A DNA stretch of 63,500 bases, the filler included, from Collodictyon triciliatum (taxonomy: Eukaryota), in assembly GCA_043381765.1 (NCBI GenBank). It is 5 parts of 5 records of this genome, joined end to end, with 100 filler letters (N's around TTAATTAATTAA, not from the genome) between each part and the next. Parts side by side here need not be neighbours in the genome. Positions count along the whole stretch, not along the records: positions 33,397 to 51,210 come from JBHJMP010001538.1; positions 51,311 to 60,449 come from JBHJMP010001596.1; 3 more parts are not named here. One strand, given 5' to 3'. The notes under the pieces are model-generated. The model searched no databases and was not told where the DNA came from. It saw nothing but the letters and a program-made list of their open reading frames with translations. The position numbers were made by a program, and so were the translations under genes. Shown here piece after piece: positions 46,529 through 58,796 of the stretch. Position 1 is the first letter of the stretch. Each line of letters opens with the position of its first letter.

Positions 46529-49500
46529 ATGGGTATACATCTTTCCACTCCGACATTCCCGCCAGGCGCTCGGGATATTGTGCAGCGAGCAAGCTCAACA
46601 AACACGCTATCTCTGGACCTCAAGAACCAGTCGATCGAAGCGTGGCCTGCGCGCTATCAACTCCGTCGGATTCAGCATCTATACCTTGCCCAGAACCGAC
46701 TGCGAGACGTGCCCAGAGGATTCGGCCAGCGATGGGCTCAGCTGCTGAGTCTGGACATCTCCTTCAACAGACTGGCCTCGGTGCCGTCGGAACTAAGACA
46801 TCTGACCAATCTCCGTGCTTTGGACTTGAAGGGGAATCAACTGGCAAATGCAAAGGACATTCCAAGCGTGAGCCTCCGTCAGCTCAATCTCTTCAACAAT
46901 CTACTCCACCAATTCCCATCTCTGATATGGGAGCTCTCTGCGCTGGAGGAACTCATTGTGGACTACAACCTTGTCGAGACCATATCTTTTTCATCTCAGA
47001 TGCCGTCTGATTCTCAGGCTCATCCAGTACTTACAAGGCTTGTCTCCTTTCGCGCATCTCAAAATCAAATAAGACAGTTCCTTCTCCCAGTCAGGGAGTT
47101 TGTTCCCAATCTGCGTATATTGGATTTGTCCCTCAATCTCCTGACGGAGCTCTTTGGCTTCCCGCATGCGCACGGAGAAGACTCAGTTTGCCAATATCCG
47201 ACAAACTTGCAGGTCTTGTGTCTCTTTCAAAATCAGCTTTCGGCTATCCCAGACTTTCACTCGAGTATGACATGTCTGATGATCGTAAACCTATGCTCCA
47301 ACCAGCTTTACTCAATCTCTCCAACTTTTGGGTTTCTCCACGGGCTTGTGGACTTGAATCTGTCGGAAAACTTTATACAATACATTCCCACAGAATTTTC
47401 TTCACTCACTGCGCTTCAGCATATGAATTTATCAAGGAATCAGATTGGTGCGCTCCCGCCTCAAATAAGTGCGCTACAGTCTTTAACAAAGCTGGTTGCA
47501 TATCAAAACAATATATCAGAAATTCCAGATTCTGTATATTACCTAGGCTCCCTCAAATACCTCAATCTATCTTCAAACAAAATTACGTTCGTTCCCGTCA
47601 GTCCCTCAGGGGATTCACCGTTACTGTATTCTCTTGAAGAGATGTATCTGTCTGCTAATTGTATAACTGATTTTCCACTCGGCATCGTTGATTTTGTTAA
47701 AGTACAGTCCTTGGGCCTGTCCTACAATCGTATCAGTATTTTGCCCGAGAGTTTCACCAAATTATCCATGTTGAAATACTTGTTTCTTTCAGGTTTGCGG
47801 TGTGTCCCTAATGGGATGAAATTAGAATTCAACCATTCCTTTGTTTCTCTCATCAGTAATGCATATCTGCTCTACTCTTATGTGCTCATCCTATCTATTC
47901 TTTCATTTCTGTGTGGTGAAAATAATTTTACAAAAGAAACGTTTTTTTTTTCTTCATTTTTTAATTCTACTGGTCATATCATCTGAATGATCGAACTTAT
48001 CCCTCATAAAAACGCATTAAAAATATAGGTAACCATATACAAAATCTTTCTTTTGAGCTCAGGGATTTGGTGTTACTGAAGTGGCTGGTAATTCGATGCA
48101 CTATAATCTTTTCCCTCTTTTTGTTTGATTTAAGGAAGCAGTTTTTCCTTTTGGTTTGATACATCACAATTTATGTTTTTTTTTTTTAAGGATAGCTAAT
48201 TTTTCTCTCATGCATAATCAGCATATCCCTAAGTATATATCTTGTGTAGTACATAAACAACAATTATATGCGTTCTGTTCCTCAAGACATCAAAGATTAT
48301 GCATGTGAAGTAAAAGACATTTCAGGAAACCAAGTTGTTTCCATAAGCCCAGGGTACGTCCTTAATTTATCCTCTTACTATGAAATTTCTCAGTCGTAGA
48401 CATAATCTTCCATCCCTGAATTTCTGCTCTATTATAATTATGATTATTTTCAAAAAAAAATAATTACATATTGCCTGCTACATTCCGCAATTAAAATCAA
48501 ATTTAACTTCAACGCAACAGAAATCATCCTGTCGATGGTATTTTAATATTGATTATGAATTTGAGTATCGAACGATTTCCTTTATATAACTTTGGTTGTA
48601 AAAAGTTGATTAAGTATGATTTATTTGTTCTATAATTGAAGATTCAAAGTCAGGGCGTCGTCGCTCCAAAGGATTTAGAGGAGTCTCTGTCAACCAAAGC
48701 CGCCGGTTCCGGTAATTTCAATTTTGCATACTTTAAATTAATCCACTTTAGTGTTTAACCAAAATAATACCCATTAATTCCTTTACGATCTTGGCGTAAT
48801 TCCTTCATTATTTTTTTTCGAAAAAGGACAAAAATAAAAAAACAACTAACAACCACAACCTTTCTCATTTCTTTCATCCATAATAGAGTCTCGAATGCAG
48901 AAATGATTGGTAGAAGACCATACATGGAGGATGCTGTGTGTTTAAGAGGATGCTTTAGAAACAGACCAAGTACTATTCAACCGATTTATACATGTACATT
49001 TTAAAATTACAAGTTGGAAGGGAAGAAATCATTTAGATTACTTAGTATGCATCACCTCTATGACAATCCTTCTCATACACTAAAATACGCCTTACAATAT
49101 CATAAATAGTGGAGGATTTATTTGCAGTGTTTGATGGACACGGAACTGAGGGGAATGGAAAAGTGAATCACAGTCCCTCGCATAATATTGCTCTTGTGTT
49201 ACTCTGTGCTGCTACATAAAAAAAAAATAACAATTGGTTTATTAAGAGAGAGAAGAAGAAAAGGAGTTTTGCTCGAGCGCCCCTCTCTTACAAATATTAA
49301 TCTTTAGAAAGCTGCTGATTACCTCACCATGTATTTTTACGAAGATCTCGAGAATGCCCTGATGGAGGCCTTTAAGCCTTATATGAACGCAAAATCGCCT
49401 TTAATACAAAAGGCTGATGCAACTCCAATGGCAGGCAACATGGAGGAAGACGGCCTCGTGAGGAATGTCGTTGCGATGAGGTCATCCGCTGCTGAAGGGA

Positions 49501-49914
49501 GAGAACAGCGCTCCCCTTCAGGGCGTCGTAACCTTGCTCAACCACATGTCTCAATCGGAGAGGCTGGTGCTCCGGTTGTAAGTGAAGATGAAGATGTTCA
49601 AATTGAGGTATCCAAGGAGATCGAAATCATATCCAAAGTTTTGGTAGATACCTTTGAAAAGGTGGGCCTCCTTCTCTTTATTCTCTTCTCTTCCAATTCC
49701 ACTCACAAAAATCGATTTAGCTTTGGGAACTATGCAACTAAACTCGCAAAAGCAATAATGGTAATAACAATATGCGTCATATGTTTACACTCTAACAGAC
49801 GAATGAGGCCATGCTCGAACAAACGAAGAAAATCGGGGCTGCCTTGGGTTCGACCGGAGCTGTGGCATATATCCGACGAAATTTGTGAGCGATTTATTTA
49901 ATACTAAATACGAT

Positions 49915-49968
<54 letters not shown>

Positions 49969-50995
49969 NNNNNNNNNNNNNNNNNNNNNNNNNNNNNNNN
50001 NNNNNNNNNNNNNNNNNNNNNNNNNNNNNNNNNNNNNNNNNNNNNNNNNNNNNNNNNNNNNNNNNNNNNNNNNNNNNNNNNNNNNNNNNNNNNNNNNNNN
50101 NNNNNNNNNNNNNNNNNNNNNNNNNNNNNNNNNNNNNNNNNNNNNNNNNNNNNNNNNNNNNNNNNNNNNNNNNNNNNNNNNNNNNNNNNNNNNNNNNNNN
50201 NNNNNNNNNNNNNNNNNNNNNNNNNNNNNNNNNNNNNNNNNNNNNNNNNNNNNNNNNNNNNNNNNNNNNNNNNNNNNNNNNNNNNNNNNNNNNNNNNNNN
50301 NNNNNNNNNNNNNNNNNNGGGGGGGGGGGGGGGGGGGGGTGGGGTTGAATAAATCGCTAACGACGGTTAGGTGGACCACAAACCTTTTCTGCGCAGTGAG
50401 GAAAAAAGGATCCGAGAGGTTGGGGGATTTGTCTCAGAAACAGGGCGAGTGAACGGACAGCTTGCAGGTTCTTATCCAAGGACTTTTATGTCGGTCTTTT
50501 CTTTTGTCTTCACCTTCTCGGGAGATAGCGATGCTTTTATCACAATTATCATGATGGCTTCCGTTGAAAACTCAGGACTATACTACAATCTAGTCAAATT
50601 CATGAAGGAAAGAAGAGATAGAAATAACAAAAGCAAAATATTTCGATTGTGACGCCATTTCTACCAATATATCATTCGCTAATCATCCTAATCCCTCTTC
50701 TGGTCTCCAACTAGTGGCGCGCTCCTTTGGGGACTCTAAAAACAGGCCGGCCATCAGCGCCACTCCATACGTGAATGCAGTCGAGTTTGACCCGGCCACA
50801 GATCCGTTCCTGGTGATTGCCTGTGACGGAGTTTTTGATGTGATGACCAACCAGAACGTTGTGGATTGTGTAATGGAAGAGCTACAGACAGACCCGACCT
50901 TCACCAGCGCCGCAAGTCGCGTGAGAGACATGGCCTACCAGTATGGGAGTGCGGACAATATATCTGTGATTGTGGTGAGCCTCCTCGGCTCTTGA
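46529..50995 (+). CDS. Leucine-rich repeat + PP2C (PPM) protein phosphatase (PHLPP-like architecture), multi-exon, internal N gap
   Basis: ~1.26-kb first exon of LxxLxLxxNxL repeats after MGIHLS (possible myristoylation); PP2C motifs AEMIGRRPYMEDA, LFAVFDGHG, GSTG, DHKP..RIREVGGFVSETGRVNGQLA-VARSFGD, FLVIACDGVFDV, GSADNISVIVV; stop 50993-50995. Confidence 0.92.
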
Positions 50996-51079
50996 CTTCC
51001 AAGTGCCGGCCGACAAAGAATAATAGAGGGAATCCCGAATCTGCGCAGCAAATAAACATCCTCGTCTATTTTTTTTATG

Positions 51080-51117
<38 letters not shown>

Positions 51118-51210
51118 CATTATTATTATCATTATTATTATTATCATTATTATTATTATCATTATTATTATTATCATTATTATTATTATCATTATTATTA
51201 TTATCATTAT

Positions 51211-51310
51211 NNNNNNNNNNNNNNNNNNNNNNNNNNNNNNNNNNNNNNNNNNNNTTAATTAATTAANNNNNNNNNNNNNNNNNNNNNNNNNNNNNNNNNN
51301 NNNNNNNNNN
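51211..51310. other. Artificial contig linker
   Basis: TTAATTAATTAA at 51255-51266 within 100-bp N run. Confidence 0.95.
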
Positions 51311-51336
51311 AAAAAAAAAAAAAACAAAAATGTTTA

Positions 51337-51368
<32 letters not shown>

Positions 51369-51429
51369 AAGTCAAATTAAGGCGGTATATTTCTGCTTTG
51401 TTGTTCCAAATTCAAAATTAAGCCAGAAC

Positions 51430-53116
51430 CATTTTCGAACCAAGTATTGAAGGAATGTAGCATTCTCTTGTTGGACATACTCAGCGAGATACTAATTTAT
51501 AATTACAGTTTTTAAAAAAAAAATATGGATAGAAAATACGAATGAAGGTTGACTCAAAGTACAAGAATAATGAAAAGAAAGAATGGTTCAGGTTTCATGC
51601 AAAAGCCTTTGTGCTGACCTTCGTATCATAGAGCGTAGGAATAGTATCCACTATATAAGACACGAATTTGGAAAACTTGTCAGGCAGTGGTTTGTGGAAA
51701 TTATGACAGAGAAACATCAAGTCTAGCAATCCATTATGTACGATAATTGGCTTGCTTGATGTCAAAACTGCCTCAATGAATTCTCTCAATAATTTCCCTG
51801 CCTCCATAGATTTTTCAGGGAGAGGAGATTGCGGCATCCGTAAGTCCTACGATATATTAGTGAGATATTAAGGAGAAAAAAATCATGTTTGGATGGATGA
51901 TATATGAAGAAAATACAAAACTGAATTGGTCCATAAAATTGTATGTACTGGCACCACTGAATGCATAATGCAAGCGAGATTGTAACTTGGACTTACAGCC
52001 TCTACATGTTTTTCTAAGGGCCAATAAGGGATTCCCACATGGGGAAGCGAGTTAAAGTCGAAGTTGTGGCGAGACAGGAAAGCCAAGCTGGTGGGAGAGA
52101 GCATAAAATTTTCCTGGACGGAACCAAATTTACCCATTTTATAATGTGTACATTGTTGTATACATACGAAATGATAAGCTCTGCGTATTTATTCATTTGT
52201 TCTTTTTTTAAAAATTAGCGACTGAATTTACCTGTGACAAAGTGAATATCTGATATGTTCTGATATCGTAACTTTTCATGCTTGCAATCTTTGATGATGG
52301 CGAATCTTATGAGTCGGATGAGTTAAAGACAATAGTAAGAAAAAAAAATTAATTTTGTAACTGGAAGATGGTTATGAATTAAATATATACAAAATCACAT
52401 TCATTATGATTGATTTTTTCCAATATTAGTATTAACATTTAATCTATCAATTATTTGACTTCTTAGCTTTCTACATCTGTTTTCTTCTTTCTATTTATTT
52501 GTTATTATTGCTGTTATTATTAATTATTTGTTTGAAAAAGAGCACGCAAAAAAACCTGGCTGGGATACGATTTTTGGGATAAAAAAGCTCAGTCCTATTT
52601 GGATAACAGAGTATTGAGCTGCAGTATCTCGCAAGGCATTGTATCTTTCATCCATTTCCCTTAGAAATAAATAAGTCTCTTTACTACGTAGAAACACTCA
52701 GGGTTTTCTATTCAATAGCTTCAATTGCTCCCCTAATTTACAATCCCTCCAAGGTTGTGATGAAATAGAATAAAAATGAAACAGAAAGCAATTACATCAT
52801 AGATTAAAAATCATCAATGTCGGTCATAGAGAATGAAAGAAAATAGCGGTGAAGAAATCAAATAAATAAATAAAAGAGACAGCAAGCCGCCATAAGCCAG
52901 CCCAAATAGGGGGCTTGAGTGATTGTTTTTTGTTTTTGTTTTTTTGTTTTTTTTTTGAGGAATATACTTTGCCATCGAAGTGCGAGAGTTGGAGAGGCCG
53001 CTGAGTTCTGTGTCGACAGCCACAAAGTCGCATCTGCGCAGGGCCGTCTCCATCGTTCGGTGGAGAACCTTCATGGTCTCTACGGTCACATCCACAATCG
53101 GGATCTGCAACGACAT
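51430..53116 (-). CDS. TOE1: CAF1-family DEDD ribonuclease, TOE1-like; 3' truncated by contig end
   Basis: IPIVDVT...CDFVAVDTELSGL; ERYNALRDTAAQYSVIQIGLSFF; SLAFLSRHNFDFN..GIPY; PIIVHNGLLDLMFLCHNFHKPLPDKFSKFV; LYDTK-YLAEYV..ATFLQYL. Confidence 0.88.
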
Positions 53117-53359
53117 TCCCCCGCCTCGAATGGTCTTGATGGCCTGTGGGAAGGTGGGGTTGGGTCAGCTCTGGGATGGAGTGCTACGGCGGAGTGGGCT
53201 ATGGGTGGCTGAGGCGTGCTGGCAACTGAGGCCTCGGCAGCGCGTGGAATAAAGGAAGAAAAGAAAAAAGGGGCGAGCAGTAGAAAATCAGAACATGAAA
53301 AGGCTTCGCTTGCAGAAAACAAGAAAAAAGAAAATGGCATAAACCACGCACTAAAAAGA

Positions 53360-53431
53360 AGCGAACGACCGGAATTGAACCGGCGACCATTTGATCTGCA
53401 GTCAAACGCTCTACCACTGAGCTACATCCGC
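53360..53431 (-). tRNA. trnC-GCA: tRNA-Cys (anticodon GCA), intronless
   Basis: Minus strand GCGGATGTAGCTCAGTGGTAGAGCGTTTGACTGCAGATCAAATGGTCGCCGGTTCAATTCCGGTCGTTCGCT: acceptor GCGGATG/CGTTCGC, anticodon stem TTTGA/TCAAA around CTGCAGA, GGTTCAATTCC T-loop, U73 discriminator, followed by TTTTT Pol III terminator. Confidence 0.96.
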
Positions 53432-54282
53432 TCCTTATTGTTCTGCTACTAATTACTGTATTTAATTAATTATTTGTTGATTTCTGGTTTATTTCGATTA
53501 GCACCTGCTTTGGTTGTTTTAATTGTTTGTTCTTTTGGCTTGATTACAATTCTGTCCATTTCTTACTTTCGTCATCCCTTTTTTCTTACTTTTCATCAAA
53601 TATTACTTTCCGATATTTTGTTACTAGTAATTTGTTGTCTCACACTTTCTGATTTGAGTTTAGTTTTTCTTCCTGATATAGCGCATAAAAATTCCATTTG
53701 TTGATTATATAGATAAAGTGTTTTTTCCCTTCATATTTTTCAGTTTGTGCGAGATGACGAGGCCATACGATACAGATTTAGCATATAATAATTTTCTTAA
53801 TCGTGCTATATGCTACATTACAATTATATTTTGGTACTCTTTCGCAGAGACATAGCGTGTTTCTTTCGTACTGTTCGAGCTGATAAAGTCCAAGAGACTG
53901 GTGCGACACACGCATGTCTTGTCTTACGGTGTGATTTGCTTCGTGTATTACGACCAGGCCACAATGGGCACAACCAAGCATTCCAGCCGAATTGAATCAT
54001 ACCCAGAATCCCAGGTCTTTGGATAAAAACGAATGCACTGGAAACACATCCACATTAGCGTCATTTGTTGTGGCTAAAATAATTGCTATCACGAAATGCA
54101 CCATTTGCCCGCCCAATCGCAAGGACAAAAAGTGCAATGGGTATATTTTCCGCATATGCACAAGTGACCGTTTCGGTGTCGCCCCAACCCGAGTGCATGG
54201 TCACATGGTCACAAGATCCAATCCAACTTCAGTCGCCCGAATCACAGAACCCAGACGCAGAAAAGCAGCCAGCACGAAGCCG

Positions 54283-54714
54283 ATGGAAACACGAAGATTG
54301 AAGCGAAAGCAAGCCACATGCGAAAAACAACCCCACTCTGATGATTCTGTGGAGGTCTGTCAAGCACAGCCAGCAGAGTCGTACTTCCTGGGGAGCAAAA
54401 GAACACGAGGAACAGAACGGCTGTGGGAGACAAAGACTTGCCTTGCCACAAACACGCCAACCCTGCTCCGGTGGCCCGGTGGATCGGAGGCTTGGGGTCG
54501 CATTTCTGGGCCTGTCCATTTGGACCCCATATTCTTTCAATGTCTCGGGATCGAACCGCCACCGCAGCATGCTTACAAGGTGCAAGTGCTCAACAGGCTC
54601 GTCTCCACCCAACAGAAGCGCCCTTTGGTTCATGCCTGGTGGGACGGATGGTCTTTCGACGCCGACCTAGAGTTTCCCATACTCTCTGTTCTGCCGTCAG
54701 AGTACTGGGTGTGA
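54283..54714 (+). CDS. Hypothetical single-exon protein (~143 aa)
   Basis: Open frame METRRLKRK...WGRISGPVHLDPIFFQCLGIEPPPQHAYKVQVLNRL...HAWWDGWSFDADLEFPILSVLP; globular-looking C-terminal half, no family recognised; start uncertain. Confidence 0.35.
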   Translation: METRRLKRKQATCEKQPHSDDSVEVCQAQPAESYFLGSKRTRGTERLWETKTCLATNTPTLLRWPGGSEAWGRISGPVHLDPIFFQCLGIEPPPQHAYKVQVLNRLVSTQQKRPLVHAWWDGWSFDADLEFPILSVLPSEYWV

Positions 54715-55613
54715 CCCTGGACGCTTGGGCTAACTTCCAGTCCCGGCAAAATACGACTCGCCCCCTCTTGGTTACCTACCTACAGCCCTGGCTCCTTTTT
54801 CTATCCATTCGTCATTGCCAAAAGACGGCCATTCTCAAAACAAAAAAAACAAAAAAAAAAGCCCGTGGGCATCCCTTGTTGCCTGGTATGAGCAGATTTT
54901 ACCCTAGCGGATCGACCCCACTCACCACCGCCCGACTTCTCCTGCCACTCTTTTTTTTTCCCCCTTTCGCTGCATCGCGTTCGGCGTGTTGCATCCATGG
55001 TATGAAGTAGATGTAGATAAAGGTACACGCTTCCAATGCTCACTTTGCTTACTCCCCTCGGCCCACCGCGTGGGGATTGTGGTGTGATTGTGGTTGTGGC
55101 GTCCGCGAATCGCAGATGTGTTTTGCAAGGTACGGTGAAATGGGTGCGGTACACGAGGGGACTTCTTTGGTTCCCGGAATAGACAAATTCCCGTGTTCGT
55201 TGTCTTCCTCGCCGAAGGCTTTCTTTTTCAAAAGCTGTGTTTAGAACAGCTGATGTGGCTAGCCACAAGAATGCTACATGCTTTCTTGATAAAGCCCCTT
55301 GCAGCCATGTAGTTGCACAGCCTAATGAGTCTGCCAGTGTTCTTGAATCGCTCGCCATGTTCGAGGATGCCAGCGACCTGGGGCGATGTCTGTGCTGCCC
55401 AAAAGAACCAACTTGCCCTCCCCCGCTTGAGCGACCCGCCCCTCCAATATGTTTGGCTATGGGCACATGCGCGATAAGCCTTTCTCCTCCGAGCATTCCA
55501 GGTGTTTTGTCGGGGGGTTGTGCGCTTGTCTTTATTGTGAGTGTCTTACCGATGTTGCATCGTAGGGAAGCCACTCTGCAGCCAAGCCACACCAGCGAAA
55601 CACACCGGCACTC

Positions 55614-57040
55614 ATGGGCTACATTTTCGATCCCAACGTTTTGCAGTCGGTCGCAAAGGAAGCCATCCGCAAACAGTCTGTAGAAGCTGCACAACCCGAT
55701 TCACAGCCCCACACTTGTTTTCACAACTTTGCCACTTCTTGTGTTATCAGAGTGTATTCATCGCGCTTGCACCGCTCCCCAAGTCCACCTGACTTTGTGT
55801 CTACTGCTAACCACCTTGCGGTCACATTTTGTCTTTGGCAGCCCCGGCAAGATGGCCGAGATCTCAAAGTACATCCAAGCCAAGCTGACCGAAAAATATC
55901 CCGGCCACATCAACCAGACGCCTCGCTGGATCTTCAACAACGCTGGGGGGGCCATGGGTACCTATTTGTTTATTTCGTCAAAAGTGCCTCTGTGTTTGTC
56001 TGCAGTATGTATATAATATACCTATGTGTGAATGTGTGAGAATGCATGTATGTATGTATGTATGTATGTATGTATGTATGTATGTATGTATGTATGTATG
56101 TATGTATGTATGTATGTATGTATGTATGTATGTATGTATGTGTGTATGTGTGTATGTGTGTATGTTATACGCAGCTACCCTTCCCCATTTTCGTTGAATA
56201 GTTTGGTGACATCAACTAACACAGACACGACACTCAGGCGCTATGTGCCTTCTCCACGCATCTTTGAGTGAGTACGTGATTATCTTTGGCACTGCCGTCG
56301 GAACTGAGGGACACACGGGCCGCTTCCTGGCTGACGACTACTTCATTATTCTCGAGGTGCTTGCTTCACAGGCGCGACCCGTAGAGGGATAATTATAGAC
56401 TCGCGCTTTTTTCCCATGAGAAGAAGAAGAAAAGAAAGCATTCCGTAACGGGCGTTGTACATGATGTCGCCACAGAATAGCCCGTTATTTCAACCTTTTT
56501 TTGTAAGAGCCTCTCTTGAGATGTAACTGCAAGAACTCACACGGGTGCATTTGGTTGTCCACAGGGTGAACAATGGGCATTCTACGAAGGAAGCTTTGAC
56601 CGCGATGTCTTCCGCCCTGGAGACATGCACCATCTGCCCATGGGCTACTCCCAACAATACCGCATGCCCGACAAATGGTATGAATTGAACCCTGCACGGA
56701 AAGCGTTTATTCTATTTTCCATCTCCCGCACATCATGGCATACTGCCTCTTTTTTTTCTTTTAGAGTCGTATGCAGATAACCTATTCACTCAGTCGTAAG
56801 CATGTAGTTTGATTATGACTGCTCCCATCGTTGCACATGGAACTACATCTTGACTAATTTAACGCTAACTTAACTGTGTATAGCTGGGCCCTCGAGTATG
56901 CGCGAGGCGCCATCCCAAGCATGCTTCCATTTGGAATAGCTGACACGCTATTTTCGACCCTTGACTTTGTGACACTTGGGCGCACCTTCGCTGAGTATGC
57001 CAAGTGTGTTGTCAGCGAGCTGATCCAGTTCAAGATATAA
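55614..57040 (+). CDS. ERG2: ERG2 / sigma-1 receptor family protein (C-8 sterol isomerase-like), 5 exons
   Basis: [119 protein letters not shown]; stop 57038-57040. Confidence 0.95.
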
Positions 57041-57756
57041 CCCAGCTGTGACGCCACCCAGTCGCCACCCGCGCCTCCTCCTAGCTGTCGTTCTTACAAT
57101 TCACATTGTGTTATCTCGAAGGCACCCACCGACGAGGAAGTCTCGTACATCGCGCACTCGCACCTAGCACAATTTTTCTTTACATCCGTTTATCCCTCCG
57201 TCTTTTTCCTCCTTTCCTCGCTCTGCGAATCTATACATCNNNNNNNNNNNNNNNNNNNNNNNNNNNNNNNNNNNNNNNNNNNNNNNNNNNNNNNNNNNNN
57301 NNNNNNNNNNNNNNNNNNNNNNNNNNNNNNNNNNNNNNNNNNNNNNNNNNNNNNNNNNNNNNNNNNNNNNNNNNNNNNNNNNNNNNNNNNNNNNNNNNNN
57401 NNNNNNNNNNNNNNNNNNNNNNNNNNNNNNNNNNNNNNNNNNNNNNNNNNNNNNNNNNNNNNNNNNNNNNNNNNNNNNNNNNNNNNNNNNNNNNNNNNNN
57501 NNNNNNNNNNNNNNNNNNNNNNNNNNNNNNNNNNNNNNNNNNNNNNNNNNNNNNNNNNNNNNNNNNNNNNNNNNNNNNNNNNNNNNNNNNNNNNNNNNNN
57601 NNNNNNNNNNNNNNNNNNNNNNNNNNNNNNNNNNNNNNNNNNNNNNNNNNNNNNNNNNNNNNNNNNNNNNNNNNNNNNNNNNNNNNNNNNNNNNNNNNNN
57701 NNNNNNNNNNNNNNNNNNNNNNNNNNNNNNNNNNNNNNNNNNNNNNNNNNNNNNNN

Positions 57757-58796
57757 GGGCGCAGGCGGCGGACGAGGGCGCGGAAGCGGCGGGGCGGCGG
57801 GGCCAGGTCGAAGCGCAGCAGGGCGAGGGTGTGGAGCTCGAGGGCGTTGAGGGCGGCGAGGGGCAGGGGCAGGGACGAGGCGCAGGCGGCGGCAAAGGCG
57901 CGGTTGGAGGGCGGGGTGTCGAGCAGGACCTTTGTGGCCACCAGCAGGCACCCCACAAACAGGCTGCGCACGTTGCCCGCCGCCACCGCCCCCCGCCGCT
58001 GCAGCCGCTGCAGGTACCCCAGCCCCAGCCACACCGCGCTGCCCGGCACCACCCCGCACCCCCGCAGCCCTGCCGCCGTCTGCCCCGCCGCCCCCGTCCC
58101 CAGCGCAGCGTCCAGCCCCGCCCCCTCTCCTTCCTCTTGCTCTTGCCCTTGCCCTTGCCCTTGCCCTTGCCCTTGCCCTTGCTCTTGCTCTTGCTCTTGC
58201 TCTCTGCCCGCCGCCAGCAGCTCCATCACCACCCGCTGCACGTGCTCCCCCAGCCGCACCCCGTCCTCCGCCTCGCTGTCGCTGTCGCTGTCCGTGTCCG
58301 CGTCCGTGTCTGTCTCTCCGTCGCTGCAGAAAGTCATCCCCTGCGACCGCCGCAGAGATCCCCCGCCCTGTGGCTGTGGCTGTGGCTGTGGCTGTGGCTG
58401 TGCGGCCAGCGGGGGCAGCTGCGTGCGTGTCGGCAGGCGGTGCCGCACAGGCGGGGTCTCGCTCGGGGGTGCGTGGCGCGCAGACGACAGCGACGAGGCG
58501 GACGCAGACGACGACGACGACGAGAATGACGACCACAGCGACGGCGACTCTGCGGTGAATGCGATTGTGGCTGTGGCTGTGGTTGTGGTTGTGGCTGTGG
58601 TTGAGGCGGTTGCCTTGAGCGGGGGCAGCTGTGTGGCAGGGCCATGTTTGCTGCGCATGTGTGAAAACAGATCCCCTGCGTTGAGTTTGCGGCGTGGGGG
58701 AGAGTTGTCGTCCGTATCATGTGGTTGTGGTTGTGGTTGTGGTTGTCCAGCGCGATGGCTGGGGTTGGACCGTGGTCGCGGCGTTCGAAGGCTCAT
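57757..58796 (-). CDS. PHO80/cyclin-U-like cyclin with low-complexity N-terminus; 3' end in N gap
   Basis: Cyclin box AVWLGLGYLQRLQRR..NVRSLFVGCLLVATKVLLDTPPSNRAFA..LNALELHTLALLRFDL; N-terminus with (QP)n, poly-T/S and (EQ/GQ)n tracts; no intron seen. Confidence 0.8.

Noticed and set aside
54801-55694. 297-aa minus ORF and overlapping 148-aa plus ORF
   Set aside because: No recognisable motif; overlaps the ERG2 start; coding status cannot be supported.
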